This document shows positions 15,901-29,086 of a stretch of DNA of 64,000 nt, piece after piece. Made by a program: the position numbers and the translations under genes. The DNA comes from Lytechinus pictus (Eukaryota): contig NC_087246.1 in assembly GCF_037042905.1 (NCBI RefSeq), forward strand, positions 2,728,001 to 2,792,000. Direction: 5' to 3'. The notes below the pieces were generated by a model. That model saw nothing but the letters and a program-made list of their open reading frames with translations. It had not been told where the DNA came from and made no database searches. Position 1 is the stretch's first letter. Every line of letters starts with the position of its first letter.

Positions 15901-16310
15901 GAACAAACATTTTTATCTAATTAATATAAAAATCTTATATTGTGATAGATTTGGCATAAAAGACAGAAATTACTTAAAATTTCCACCCCTTTTGCTTTCC
16001 ATTTCTATCTTGTCATCCCTCTTTTTGTCTTAAAAATTGTGGGAGGCCCAAGCCCCCCCCCCCCCCCCCTGTACGCCAGTGCTAAGACTGCAGGTTGGTA
16101 TAAAGATAGGAATATCTTTTATAAATTTGCGTGGTAGATGCTAGAAAACTGCGGGACAATAAAATTGTCCAAAATCCAATACTTCACTCAATACCCTAAA
16201 CACTTAAATGTCAATCATATCACTATTTAAGGGTCAATTACGGGCCACGTTCTCAATATGTTTGATTAACTCTTTTCTTGCGATATATAAAAATGTAGCT
16301 ACTCTTTTAA

Positions 16311-16924
16311 AGGACAAGTCCACCCCAACGAAAAGTTGATTTGAATAGGAAGGGAAAAATCAAGCAAGCGTAACACTGAAAATTTCATCTAAATCGGATG
16401 TAAAATAAGGAAGTTGTAACTTTTTAAAGTTTCGCTTAATTTCACAAAACAGTTATGTGCACATCCTTGTCGGTATGCAAATGAGGAGACTGATGAAATC
16501 ACCAACTCACTATTTCTTTTGTATTTCATGATAGGAAATATGAAGTATTTTCATTTTCACCTGGTTGTCATGTGAAACAAAGTTTTATTCCTCCCTGAAC
16601 ATGTGAAATCACCATTGTTCTAACATTGTGTAGGTCATTCGAGTCGGTCATTATTGTCAAATCTGTAAAGATTGAAATATTGCATTAGTACAACAATAAA
16701 ATACAAAAGATATAGTGAGTGGGGGACATCATGGACTCTCTCATTTGCATATCACTGAATTGTGCTTACAACTGTTTTGTGAAAATGAGCGAAAATTCTA
16801 AATGTCATAACTTTCTCATTTTACATGCGATTTTAAAGAAATTTTCAATATTAGACTTGTTACAGTATTAGACTTGTTAGATTTTTTCTATTGATTCAAA
16901 TCAACATTTTTCTGGACATGACCT
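16311..16924. mobile_element. TTAA-flanked MITE (Kolobok/T2-type), copy 1
   Basis: TTAA|AGGACAAGTCCACCCC ... GGACATGACCT|TTAA; long imperfect TIRs; same family as 34318-34896. Confidence 0.8.
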
Positions 16925-19484
16925 TTAAATAGTGATTGGCATTTCAATTTTCAGATTGGACATACCCACAGAAATAACCATGCATAAATCACACACAGAC
17001 TTCTCACACATGCAGTTCTCTTAATTACAGTATGGATATATTATAACCATGATGACCATGACGTCATTCAAATAAATGCCATTGGTCACCTGACTTCATA
17101 AATACTCGCCAGGGGGGAGATGGGGTGACCCTACAGGAAGAGAACCAGGAGAAGCAGGGGGTAAGGATTTACGTCATTGGTTGTTAAGTGACCTGTGCCA
17201 TTCTTTGATCAAGATTAGCGACACACCTTAACCGATAAGCTGACGGGAATTATTATTTCATGACAGTAAAAGAGGAGATACTTTCAATTTCTGTGAAATC
17301 TAATCTAAACCATGACACACTGCACGTATGTTTCGCTGTTTTAGTTTAAGTTATCTTTACCCCCCCCCCCCTCCAATGTACTGATGAAACATAATATCGC
17401 AGAAAAAATTCCGACTGCGAAAATCGAAGAAAATAAAGAACACATGTCATGATTTCAGGTTAGGTCGGCAAAGGTCAATAAATACACTTAACAGAGAATA
17501 ATATTATGGATCAGTTAGTATTTATCTGTCCATTCTAAATTATTTCGTAGTATAAAAATATTCTACACAGATCCCCTTAAAAATTGAAATTTTTAAGAAT
17601 TAATTGAAAAGTAAGCATCATTAAAAATTCACTGAAAATTATGATCGCCGTTGGTTAGTTAGGAATATGTAACTAATACAACCCTTTTAATTTCGAAAAA
17701 AAAAATCCAAAAATATTTTCTATATACAAGATTCGCATGATTGTATATATGTGCATCGATATACTCACTGTCCCATTGAACGTGCATGGCATGAAATGGG
17801 AGAGTAGCAACAGAGAATAGAATGATTCATGTACATTCTTTCATGTATGTAGACATGCTGCCATAAATATGGATTTTGGCAAGATAACAGCATTTTAAAG
17901 ATTCAGATTCCCTGGTGACATTTAGTCGTAAAACCTCTATCAATTGAAAATTCAATTTGATATGGAAGGCGATTCATCAAAGACTATAATGCTCTCATAT
18001 AGTGGATCATTTCTTAAACTGTGCAATAAGTTCATCCGCAAAATACAGTTTCCTCCAATTCCTCTTTTCAGTCAAAGAATCATTGAGCAATGTACTAAAA
18101 GCAGAAATAAATATCGTTTTATCCATCGTATTGCTATTACTGCATTTCCTGACGTATAAAGCTGCCTTTAGTTTGTTTCCCATTTTAAGGAACTGATTGT
18201 CTTTAATGTTTTGTGAAAAATGCTAGCTTCTTTGCATGGAGTAAGAGATGCTTTACGGAACAAGATGTGGGCTTTCCTGACATTTCCTCAATTTCCTGGC
18301 CTTGAAACTGAAATGAGCATACACAACGACGACAGTAATACACTCTTTCTTCACAGAACCATATTGTAGTAGATCCATGGCAGAACAAACTTCATTTTGT
18401 CAAACTAATGTCATAAAAATCAAGAACATGGGGTAGCGTTCCGCCTTATACCCAATTCGATCCGGTTATAGTTTTTACTTGGTTCTCCTATATAGCAACT
18501 GCTCGGAGTAACCCGTCTTATATCGCAAAATCTTTAATAAGGTTTATGGAGCGATTGCAAACTGGGATGTTAAAGCTTTGATGCATCAAATAATATAGCA
18601 AGGAAAACTTTCAAGGACAAGGAAATTGAATATATATTTTTCTTCGCCATGTTCGCAATATATTCCCCTAGGGGGTGGAGATTGTGCATCCCGCCTCCGC
18701 CAAGTCGAACAGTATGTCACATTAAGTAACATAGAAGGAATAACCATTAATAAGGATCAGAAAGATCAACTATGCCTTCTACGACACTTCTGCGAAAGAT
18801 TACAGTTGTCTTAGCGAAGTCCATAATGCACTTCGCCATGCACCTGATACAACACGTTATGAAAATAAATTGCAATTAAGTCTTGCCTGCATGAGTTCTG
18901 TTTATTTTAAGAAGCAGCATGTGATGTAGCCTCCATGAGATGTAGGTGATGGAATCATCTGATAGATAAGCGTCACGTATACTATGTGGCATGGGATTTC
19001 AAATTAAAGTTTTCACGAAATACTTTATATCAAAATGTGGTCATTTATCGCATACAAAGTGTATAGTGTATTGTGATTATTAAGTGACATCAGACCATAT
19101 TCCTCACCTAAAAGACAAACCATTATAAAATGAAACACACAAGGAAAATTGTCTAGTTAGCTAAATGTTCACCCTATAGCATGTATGGGGTAAATAGTTA
19201 TACCATTTACTTTAAGGAAGGTGCACATTTGAAACTTTTGAATTAAAAAAGATACATGCACTATGCAAAAAGAATGGGCAACTCCGGGTGGAAACAAGAT
19301 TAATATTGTACAATTATGCACAATTTTTTTCTTAGCATAGGGTAGAAGATTGCACCCAAATAGCATTAAGGGTGCTTATTTAATAACTTTCTCTTAGTCT
19401 TTTACTTGGATACTCTGATTTGGCGGTATTACCAGTTACTCTATACTACGCATTGCATTCTACAGAAAAGGCAATGTTTAGAAT

Positions 19485-20130
19485 ACTGCCTGTGATGACA
19501 AAGATTGATTATTAATTTCCGTCAGTTGTGGAAGTATTATCGAGAAATGTTGCTTCAATAACCTATATGGAATCAGATCAAGGGTGCAAGACTTATTCGA
19601 ACAATTCTGGACCTGGCGGACCAGCTTCTAAACTTCACTCTCCGTCAAGAACCGAAAATAACCCAGCTTAGGAAACGAATCATTCAGGGAGGTTTCTAGG
19701 ACACTGGTGTTATCATGACCGATATCTCGATCATAAATGCACTGACGAATGTCCTTCACTTTCTTTGTGAAATAACTGCAGACAGTTGAAGCAAAGGTAG
19801 ATGGAGATTCATATTCTGACGATCCCGTTGTTCAGCAGTTTATTCAAAGTCCTAAACATATCTCTCGGGATGCTGTCCTGGAGAAAATCATTGAAGTAAT
19901 TTTGTTTGTTCGTTTGTTTGTTTTTTAGTTTAATCTAACAGAACATTCATAGTCCTTTGCATTGTAATAAACAACTTTTGCAGCAGAGAGAGCAGGCTCT
20001 GTTTTGAATCCTCTCTGGTTGTTTTGAATTTAAGTTTACGCCATTTCCTCTTGTATCGCCTAAGGTCACGTCTAGCTTCAGCAAACCAGAGTGCACTACT
20101 CAGGACGATGTTGAGTCACGAGCTTAATGT
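19485..20130 (-). mobile_element. Decayed L2-type LINE fragment
   Basis: Minus-strand frames encode EARRDLRRYKRKWRK, YFTKKVKDIR, FRFLTESEV, NKSCTLDLIPYRLLKQHFSIILPQLTEINNQSL (L2 pre-RT linker), with stops. Confidence 0.7.
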
Positions 20131-23100
20131 GGTAAATACTTTGACTACAATGAAAAATACGAATAAATTGTATCATTGAATTCATTATCATTGATCTGAT
20201 TAAATTGACATTCTTTTGGAATACAGTATGGGCATATCAAATCTGCTTCTTCAGATGATTAAAATAAACATGTTTGGTGTATTACTCGAGAACCGTGACA
20301 TTTCAGACGTTTGTGTTTTTTTCTCATTGTTTTGAAGCAGGATGTAGACTTCATTATAAAAGTAATCAAGATTAAGTGTAATAATATGACAATGCTCCAA
20401 ATAATATAAGTTCAGCCACAGTGAAATTGATAAATTGATAAATCACAATATCGCTATGACAAATTAAATCAATCAAAGTCCACTAATCTAAAAAAAAAAA
20501 AAAAGAATTGAAGATAATTGCTAACGTATAAAGACTGAGACAGAAATATAAATTTTGGTGTTAAGAGTTAAATCAGTCAAGTTATGAATCAACAAAACAA
20601 TGAAATAATTTAATTGATGTCAACTAATAACCAATAAACAACTCCTCTTCCACGACGATCATCCTTTCGAAGAACACTAATTAAATTAATAAAAGAAAAG
20701 CCAAGCGGACATAGTTCCCCAATGGTTACTCTTTACGAGCCATGTTTCAGTGAGGCAAAACAAAAACATCAATGTTCATCTTGATTGCATAATCACAGAG
20801 ATAATAATATGGATATACTTTAACTGACCTATCATTCCAATTATAAATTCACAACATACCCTTGAGTTTGAAATATAAGGCCACTGGATATAGATGGGTT
20901 GTTGTCTCGTCGAGTGTAATGACCATCATACCAACCCCGTCGAAGAAGACCATAATCTTCCTGCACACTTTGTACATCTGAAGGGACTTTCATTTAATAC
21001 TAGAAGAAAGAATTCTCAAAGCAAAGTCAGGGTCACAGACTGCGGATGTTTCTTGATATCAAATGAAAACTCGAGACGAGTCATAACATACCCGTGACAT
21101 TCGGGAAATGTGGCACTCTTTCTGACCTCATCAGCTCAGTTACGTATGCATTCCTTCCTTCGTGAATATATTTTCTACGACAGTTAGATAACGTATGCTT
21201 TTCGTGAAATTCCAGAAATTACCTGTATGTGCATATCCATCATACAGAATAATAAAAAAATAATAATGGTTGCGGTGATGTGTTGGTAATGTTAACGCTG
21301 ACTGGTTTTATTGCCGATTGTAGAAGTGGTACTTAAAGAGATGACGTAGTTGTAGAAGTAGCAGCATTAGTAGATGAAGCAGTATGTTAGCAGTTAAGTG
21401 TTTCTTTTTTTTCCTCTTTCTCGTAGTAAGTCTTCATCATCGTATACTAATATAATATATTCTGCAATGTAAAAGTACATCGTTGAAATAGATACATGCG
21501 GAGGGCCATTATAGGGACTGGGGCTTATATATAATTTCACCTGATTGATATGTGCACAAAACCTTTATACGACGTCAAATATTTTATCTGCAAACTAACA
21601 GAACAGGAAAAAGAAAATCAAATTTGATGTTCTTTTTAAAATAATTAAATGGAAAATTACATCAATAAATGTCTAAAATATAAAAACATGTCAACTTACG
21701 TTACGTATTGCTGTGTTTAATGTCGATAACGAAATTACAAGTGATATTATAGCTTTACACAAAAAGTGAATTTGTTAAATCAAATTCGAATCTTACGCGA
21801 TTTTTATCATGATATTAAGCATAGACATACTGTTTGTAGATTTTGTAAACGTGAGTATACCTTCAACTTGCCGTTATTGTAATCATTTTGCTAAATGGTT
21901 CAACAAGACTCGATGATTTTACCGTTCGGTGTACGATCAACGGCTGTTCCAAGCAGTGTTAAAATACCTACCAAAATATCTACACGTCCTTGTATATACT
22001 ATATAAAGTATCCGATTCGAAACAAAAATATAATACGAAATCATAACAGCACTCCTAAATCGTTCGTATAATAGGTGATTTGTTATTCTTTCAGATTTTG
22101 TATAGTGTATTGTATCAGCAGAATCTGTGCTTGGGATTCTACATGGAGTGATTGAAGTATTAGCATAGACATTTACTAATTTTCACTCTCCTGCATTGCA
22201 CTACAGGCATGACAGGGTCTATGGAATGATCCATACATTTGATTGTTCCTGAAAAGAAATCAGGCCTATTCTTAATAAAGAAATGTGAGGTGTATTACTC
22301 ACATCTCGCCAACATACTCTTGCGTGCCAAACTATTCTAAACTCATCAAAATACACAGTAGCAAAAAAAGAAATGCTACAAACCGTACCAACAGAGTATG
22401 CTTCCCTGGTTTATATATATTCTTTCTAGAAAGAAAATTACTGAATATGTTTCTTGATTTCGCAAAACTATGTCATGCCCACGCCTTTCTAAAAATTCGG
22501 TGCACGTTATAACATATCCATTAGGATTTTTTTTTAAGTGGAATTGATTGAAGTGGCAATTCCTATCCACATTGTCTGTTCCAATTCTGCAAAATGTAAA
22601 AATTAAAAAAAATCGTTATGACCTGAATGAAATGTTTAACTTATCTGAAAGATAGATTTCAACGATTCATGTCATGACATCTAACCAACTCCACTAGACA
22701 TGCTAGAATTATCAACTGAAAATGTGGAGGAGAGGAATCTTGTCTGGGAATGTATTCCCCTAACTGCGAGAAGCACATCAATATAATACTCGAAATAAGT
22801 GTTCAATTTGATTTGTCATGATCTAAAATCAAGATGCTACAGTGTTGTGATATATTGGGCCTATATCATTCGACCAATCGTATGAAATTATGACTGTCGT
22901 AGGACTACGTTATTGGAGGTCATGCAAAAATGTCGGCTAGATAATCATTTACGAGGCAACGTAATACGGTTTAGTGCTCAAATCACAGTCATTAATCCTA
23001 TTTACAACAAAAACATGAGTATGCAAAGCAATTCTCCATGGAGTATTTTTTTATACTCAACCTATCATTAAAAATGTGCATTCAGAGAATATGATTATTT

Positions 23101-23725
23101 AATTTTCCGTATATTTCCTCCAACTTGATGTTCTTAGAATACATTTCTAAATGGCAAGGAAAAGAAAGACAAATAAGGAAACACATCTGAAAATATGCCC
23201 GGTACTACATAAATATGTATATAAAATATTATAAAAATTGATGTGCAAATAACATACGGATATCACCGATTCAACAGAGGTGCAAAAACTCTCTTATACA
23301 TAGGCCAACAATTGTAAAATGCCTGCAACGCATTCAAGGATACGCTTTGCTTTCATACTAGTATACAATAACGATTCAAGCATTGTTAAATTGTATTTGT
23401 GGTATTGTTGGAGGTATTTGTGTCTAACTGAACCATCTGTTCTAATATACGTACAAGGTGAAAGGAAATCTGTTGAAACAATTCCCGGAGATATGAACAG
23501 GAGTTGAAATTTACAAACAGGTTTATATCATCAGGGTTTCGTAGCACAAAATATTAGCCATGAACATGATGAATCTTACGATTAATATTACCGGTGAACG
23601 CAACGATCGAGTATACCGACTTTCTGTACAAAAGGCTTTTTATATCTCAGCCCTGGATATTTCTTCCCTGGGACCACGTAATAGGGTATTCTGGCAATAT
23701 ATATTTATTTATATGTATGTATATG

Positions 23726-23758
<33 letters not shown>

Positions 23759-23761
<3 letters not shown>

Positions 23762-23903
23762 CAAATGATGCAACCTGTTTTGGATAATAAAATCATCCCT
23801 GAAGAAGGTCTATGACCGAAAATTTGGAAGATTATGTCTCCTCACGGCGTTTCTATTAAGTCTTCTTTTGTTTCTATTATGACGCCGACGCAGAACTCTT
23901 TTA
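23759..23903 (+). mobile_element. Probable Penelope-like retroelement terminal-repeat remnant embedded between (TA)n tracts
   Basis: About 145-bp island between TA microsatellites that contains a minimal hammerhead motif of the kind known from Penelope-like elements; no coding sequence. Confidence 0.5.
23791..23833 (+). ncRNA. Minimal type I hammerhead ribozyme
   Basis: Stem I AATCATCC (23791-98) / GGAAGATT (23826-33), 7 of 8 bp; core CTGAAGA (23799-805); stem II GGTC-TAT-GACC; GAAA (23818-21); palindromic AATT stem III; NUH site UUU ending at 23825. Confidence 0.65.
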
Positions 23904-23909
23904 TATGTA

Positions 23910-23955
<46 letters not shown>

Positions 23956-23958
<3 letters not shown>

Positions 23959-24926
23959 TGCGTATCAAAAAAAGTTTACACTTTGAAAAAGCCCTGGAAA
24001 TTAAAAAATGTACATGTAGGTAATTTTTTCACATGTAATCTTGGGTTTGGGTCTCATCTATCTAATGAAAGTAAAAGTTTTGACAGAATGTTACACTTGA
24101 GTGAGCTCTGTCCATTTTTGTAAAGCTCGCAGAAATCTGTTTGCGCAGAAATGCTCGTTTTCACGCTGTGTCAATGGGAAAGGGCGAAATCAAACTTACC
24201 CTGCGAAACATTTCTCATACATTTCACTTGCACTTTTAGTCAATTGAAATAAAACGGATACATTCAAGCATTTTGTAACAATTTTGCCACCCAAATCGAA
24301 ATTTCAACACTTAGTAAGCACAACCTTTACCCTTTTTGTGCCAGCTGGCTCTGAGAACATGACTGAATCTGAACAAAAGTTTATATCAGACATCTCCAGC
24401 ATTTTTTCACTAAGTTTGTATCATTTGAAGTGGGTTTACATTTCATTTTTCATTCAATACTTGTTTCACCACACTTTTCCCAAGCTTGACAATGATTAGC
24501 AAAATGAAAATCAAGCCTAAGCCATTTCATGTAAATCACAGCTCAGTGTAAAGCAAATATCGTCACGATGGCCTCGGTGTGTGGGGGAGTGGGGTGGGTC
24601 GCAGTGCACTCTTCGAATTGTTTTTGGCAAGAAAACAAGTTAAAAAAGGGTAAAAGATATCTTCAAATCAATTTTACACGTGTTCTTCATGATTAAGGTC
24701 TACTTTTATTCGCATAACTATTTCAAAGTTCTGCGCAAATCAATTTTACTAACTTTTCAAAAGTAAGTGGTGCTAACTCAAGCGAAAATATTTTTCGACA
24801 GTTATATCGTCATTTGCTTAAATGGATCTGTACCAATGTTAAAATGTTGAAAAATCTTCAGGATATTACAAATATTTAATTTTACAGGATTTTTTCTAAG
24901 TGTAAACTTTTTTTGGATACGCACTG
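23956..24926. mobile_element. Non-autonomous Tc1/mariner-type element in (TA)n
   Basis: TA|CAGTGCGTATCAAAAAAAGTTTACACTT ... AAGTGTAAACTTTTTTTGGATACGCACTG|TA. Confidence 0.85.
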
Positions 24927-27329
24927 TATATATATATATATATATATATACAAGTGCGCTTATCTGTCTTTAAAACGACTTCATGTTTTTGTTTGTCTTG
25001 TTTCTCAACGAATAGCCCAACTGTCAAACCAAAATCAATATTTGAAAAGAAGCACGAGTGACAATGTTTTTAAACTGGTAATGTAAACACTACCACGCTG
25101 GATGCAAATAAACCCTTTGAAAACGATGCACTCGTCGGTCCTTGTCTGTCAAACCTCAATTTTGACAGCGCTTACTTTCTTTTAAAATGTGCCTTCTGAC
25201 AAACTTTTGAAATCAACTTTCGAAAAAAAATATAGAAGAGGGAAATACATTGTCGCAGGTTTCCGTAGTTAATCCAGTCACTGTTTTATCTGGATTAGTC
25301 TTGGGCAGGTAGATCTCATTAGCAGATCATGTTAATCGCTTCATTTAAACCTCAATGAGTTTCGTATTTTGTGTTTTTAAGTGCATTATTTGTGATTATC
25401 ATAACTAAATCTAACGGGCCTATCTACGATGCAAATTGCTGCTACTTTCCTAAGTGAGAAAAGGAACAAATGTGAATTAAAAACAATCAAATCCAACCAC
25501 AATCATTAAAAAACACAAAGTTATACTCCTTTCAAAAGAGATAAAACACTAATGTTGTAGAGAAATCACAGGCATGACGTCATTAATCTAATAGCAAACA
25601 GCAAAATCATTCATGTGAAGATGTTCATACGCGATGAAAACTACAAAAATGGATAAAGAGATGATTATTTTTAATGCTATCAGTGAATTGCATCCAAGTG
25701 ACAAAAATGGTTCTGGTAAAGCTGATGCTGTCTTACCTCGTACTTGAAGGGTAATATCCAGAAATATGAAAAGGGCACATATATTTTTCCAACCCATGGT
25801 TTCCGAATAGCTCAGGTGTCAACGATAACTATAAAGTAACCCAGGTGTCAATTCTACAAAGTGTTAAGTAACTCAAAACGTCAACGTATAAGACATGGAA
25901 GCCTGCAGATAACGCAACTAGATTCAAATCTCGGGACAAAACTCCTCGCTTCACCATGGGCTTTACCATCGCTGGCCGCTTACAGTCATCCAATCACAAA
26001 CATCTCGTCATATTGTCGAACGAATCCTCCATTTGCTCTTCGACATCGCACTGACATGGCTGAGTGCGAACAAGTGATTGAAAAAGTAAACTTCGGACGA
26101 GGAATGAAAACGCGCGCCGATGCTGCCAATATTACACGGGGTAGAGTAATACACAAGAAAGGCGCGTAGATGAGACTTTGCCGACCATTCACAGGAACCA
26201 GACGAACTTGCCCGAGTGGTTAATGCGATCTGAAGGCGTTGGGCCTTGGCGACCTATGCCGTGCATGCATGTACTATCTACCTAAGACATGGGTCATCGT
26301 GTAACAATACAGTAGAATAGTTTGATATAGTGTGATGATACATCTGGATTACCGAGCTGATGTGAAACCACAGTCTGAGCAAAAGCTCTAACGACTTAAT
26401 TACTTTACCGATATTTTTTTGAGGGTAGGCTTACCTGCTTCACACTTGTATTTTCATTCATATTACTGAGTAAAGTGGGCACACCATGTGGCATAAGCCC
26501 TTTACAAATCACCCATTTATTTATTAACAAGATGTTCAATTTATTGTCAGTGCACAGTGATTTAGCTAAAGTAAAGTTTACATTCGTGTCATTGTTATTA
26601 ACAGATTAAAGGAAAGGAAATTCAAATTTGCAAAATAGCATGATTCCTTGAAAATACTCAACAATGAAACATTTCAAAAGCAGGAACAAACCAAGACAAA
26701 AAGTCATTTCACGACTAATTCTAATTTTGTCTTCTGACAGTCATGATATAGACCGACACAGAGTGAGCTGGACCATAGTTCATGCTTAAGAATGCGATTA
26801 CCTCCTTTTTATTCAATCGATGTCATAAAGTATAATAAAGATTTGTTAAGCATAGTTTACAGCCTATGATAAAAAATTAATGCTATTATGTACAGTACTA
26901 TCTGTAAATGATATTGAAAAGGGAATATAATGTTTTAATTTGTCATCTATTTTGGGGCAATTAAAGTACTTTTAGGGAACACGATGGAACTAATACTCCT
27001 AAGATTCAAACTTGTTATGACATGTGAATTAAACTAATGTTAAACAATAGTCAATAAGAAATCGATTTCACGTATGTATAAGCGATCAGCATCCATCTGT
27101 CCAGGAAAGTGTGCGTTTCATCTCAAACAGACAAACGAAAAACTCTTGCACTTTAAGTAAGACGCATCCCATCTCCAAATCCTTTCCATCGTGAGTGGTG
27201 CCCTTAAGAGAGATACAAAGTTTGCCAACATCTTTAAAATCATTATAGTGTAATATATATTTTTCATAACTTTATGAAACATTATTTGCTTCAATGTGTC
27301 TTCATTGTTCCTGGTGCTCGCATACACTG

Positions 27330-28568
27330 TTTAACGAGATATATAATCCTGTTGTACTAAAACCTCCCGTTTTCAAATCAATATACAACAAATATATTTC
27401 CTCGCAATTCGAGTTATTATTGTTTTATGTAGTGACATATTCTTCTTTTTCATGACTACTTAAAGTGATTGCCCTATTTTAAGGTCTTAATATAAAACAT
27501 TTCCTGTCCATGCTAACGTTCGCATTAGTGGATTGGTGAGATTTGTGCTCTTCATGAACTCCTAAAATCAGTCCTTAAAATGTCAATTTTTCTGATCTGA
27601 ATATCAAAGTCATTTGGTTAGTGAAATACGTAGAGTCTTAGTGAATTCCTACAAACAAGCCTTAAAATGCCCCTCTTCCGGTCTGAATTTCCTAAATTTT
27701 TAGCTCGCACTTCGCGCTAGCAGTATTTGATTAGTGAGATGCGTATGATAATCATGATAACAATTACTTCAAAAAGTGCTTCATGTGTTTAAATGTAATT
27801 CTAACAAAATCAGCAAGCGCTTGGCACTCGCATTAGATGACTATGGTGAGATATGTATACTCTTAGTGGATTCCTAAAAACATAGTCCTTAAAATATCTA
27901 TGTTTGGGGTCAATATATACAAAAAATTCAGCTTGCGCTTCGCGCTCGCGTCATTTGGTTAGTGAAATACGTACGGCCTTAGGGAATTCCTACAAACAAG
28001 CCTTAGAATGCCTCTCTTCAGGTCTGAATTTCCTAAATTTTCAGCTAGCGCTTCGCGCTAGCAGTATTTCATTAGTAAGATGCGTATGATAATCATGATT
28101 ACAATGACTACAAAAGGTGCTTCATGACTGTGTTTAGATGTAATTCTAACAAAATCAGCAAATGATGGCACTAGCATTAGATAACTATGGTGTGATATTT
28201 ATACTCTTAATGGATTCTAAAATATAGTCCTTAAAATTTCCCTGTTTAGGGTCAATATATACAAATATTTTAGCTTGCGCTTCGCGCTCGCATTGTTTGT
28301 TTAGCGAGACAGTTATTATCATGATTACAAAAAATTTGATTACAAAAAATGTCCCTTTTTAGCTCTGAATATCAAAAATTTTCGGCTCGCGCTTCGCGCT
28401 TGCACTATTTAATCAGTGAGATACATATCCGTTTAATGGCACAGCATGTCCTTCAAATATCTCTATTAGGTCAGTATACCTGACAACTGAGCGCGCTTCG
28501 CGCGCTCCCTAAGTGACTTGAAATTTTTGCTGGTGCCCCCCAATGCCGTGACCCACGGTACGCCACTG
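27330..28568. repeat. Composite interspersed repeat with recurring GCGCTTCGCGCTCGC motifs and an internal ~341-bp tandem duplication
   Basis: 27611-27951 and 27952-~28292 are clearly homologous copies; the motif recurs roughly every 110 bp; ends in GTACGCCACTG, similar to the related remnant ending near 16080; left boundary approximate. Confidence 0.7.
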
Positions 28569-29040
28569 TGTGTTTTGTTTTTTTGTTTTTTTGTTGATAT
28601 TGTTTTCTGCTTGTTTATTTTTTTCCTAACCAAAATCACATTCATTTTGGAGTGAAAACGTAATTTTTTCCAAACCAGCTCCCCCTCTTCAAAAATCGTC
28701 CCAAGGCCCCTGCTCCAAAAGAACAAACGAGGTTTTATAATGTGCAAGAGTGTGATATAAAAAATAGATCTGCTCTTCCTTGAGGAGAGAACACTAGCTG
28801 TCAACAGGGTACCGGACTCGGGATGCTGAATCTGTTTTTAATGTCAAACGCGGTCTTAGACTGGGATATGATCAAGTTTCCCAACGTATACTCAGACGGG
28901 TAAAACAGAGCTTGGAGTGAACCAACTGCGTATCTGTAAGAGCTTGAAGAAATCGAGAGATCTTGGAATCATAGAGGCATGCCCTCACGCACATAATTAT
29001 ATTCTTTAAATACAATATAGCAACTTTCACACATCATCTT

Positions 29041-29086
29041 TAATAATGATAATAATACATGAGATTTGTATAGCGCACTTTCCATC
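29041..29086 (-). mobile_element. Detached 3' tail of the L2 element at 32035-34131
   Basis: Reverse complement reads GATGGAAAGTGCGCTATACAAAT...TATTATTATCATTATTA, an L2-type tail that continues the AAGCGCCTTGA sequence at about 32031-32041. Confidence 0.65.

Noticed and set aside
21112-21140. Second hammerhead (minus-strand CTGATGAGGTCAGAAA)
   Set aside because: Only 5 nt lie between CUGAUGA and GAAA, so stem II cannot form, and there is no closing stem I.
25861-26169. 102-aa ORF as a protein-coding gene
   Set aside because: Non-ATG start, no recognisable motif and no linked exons.
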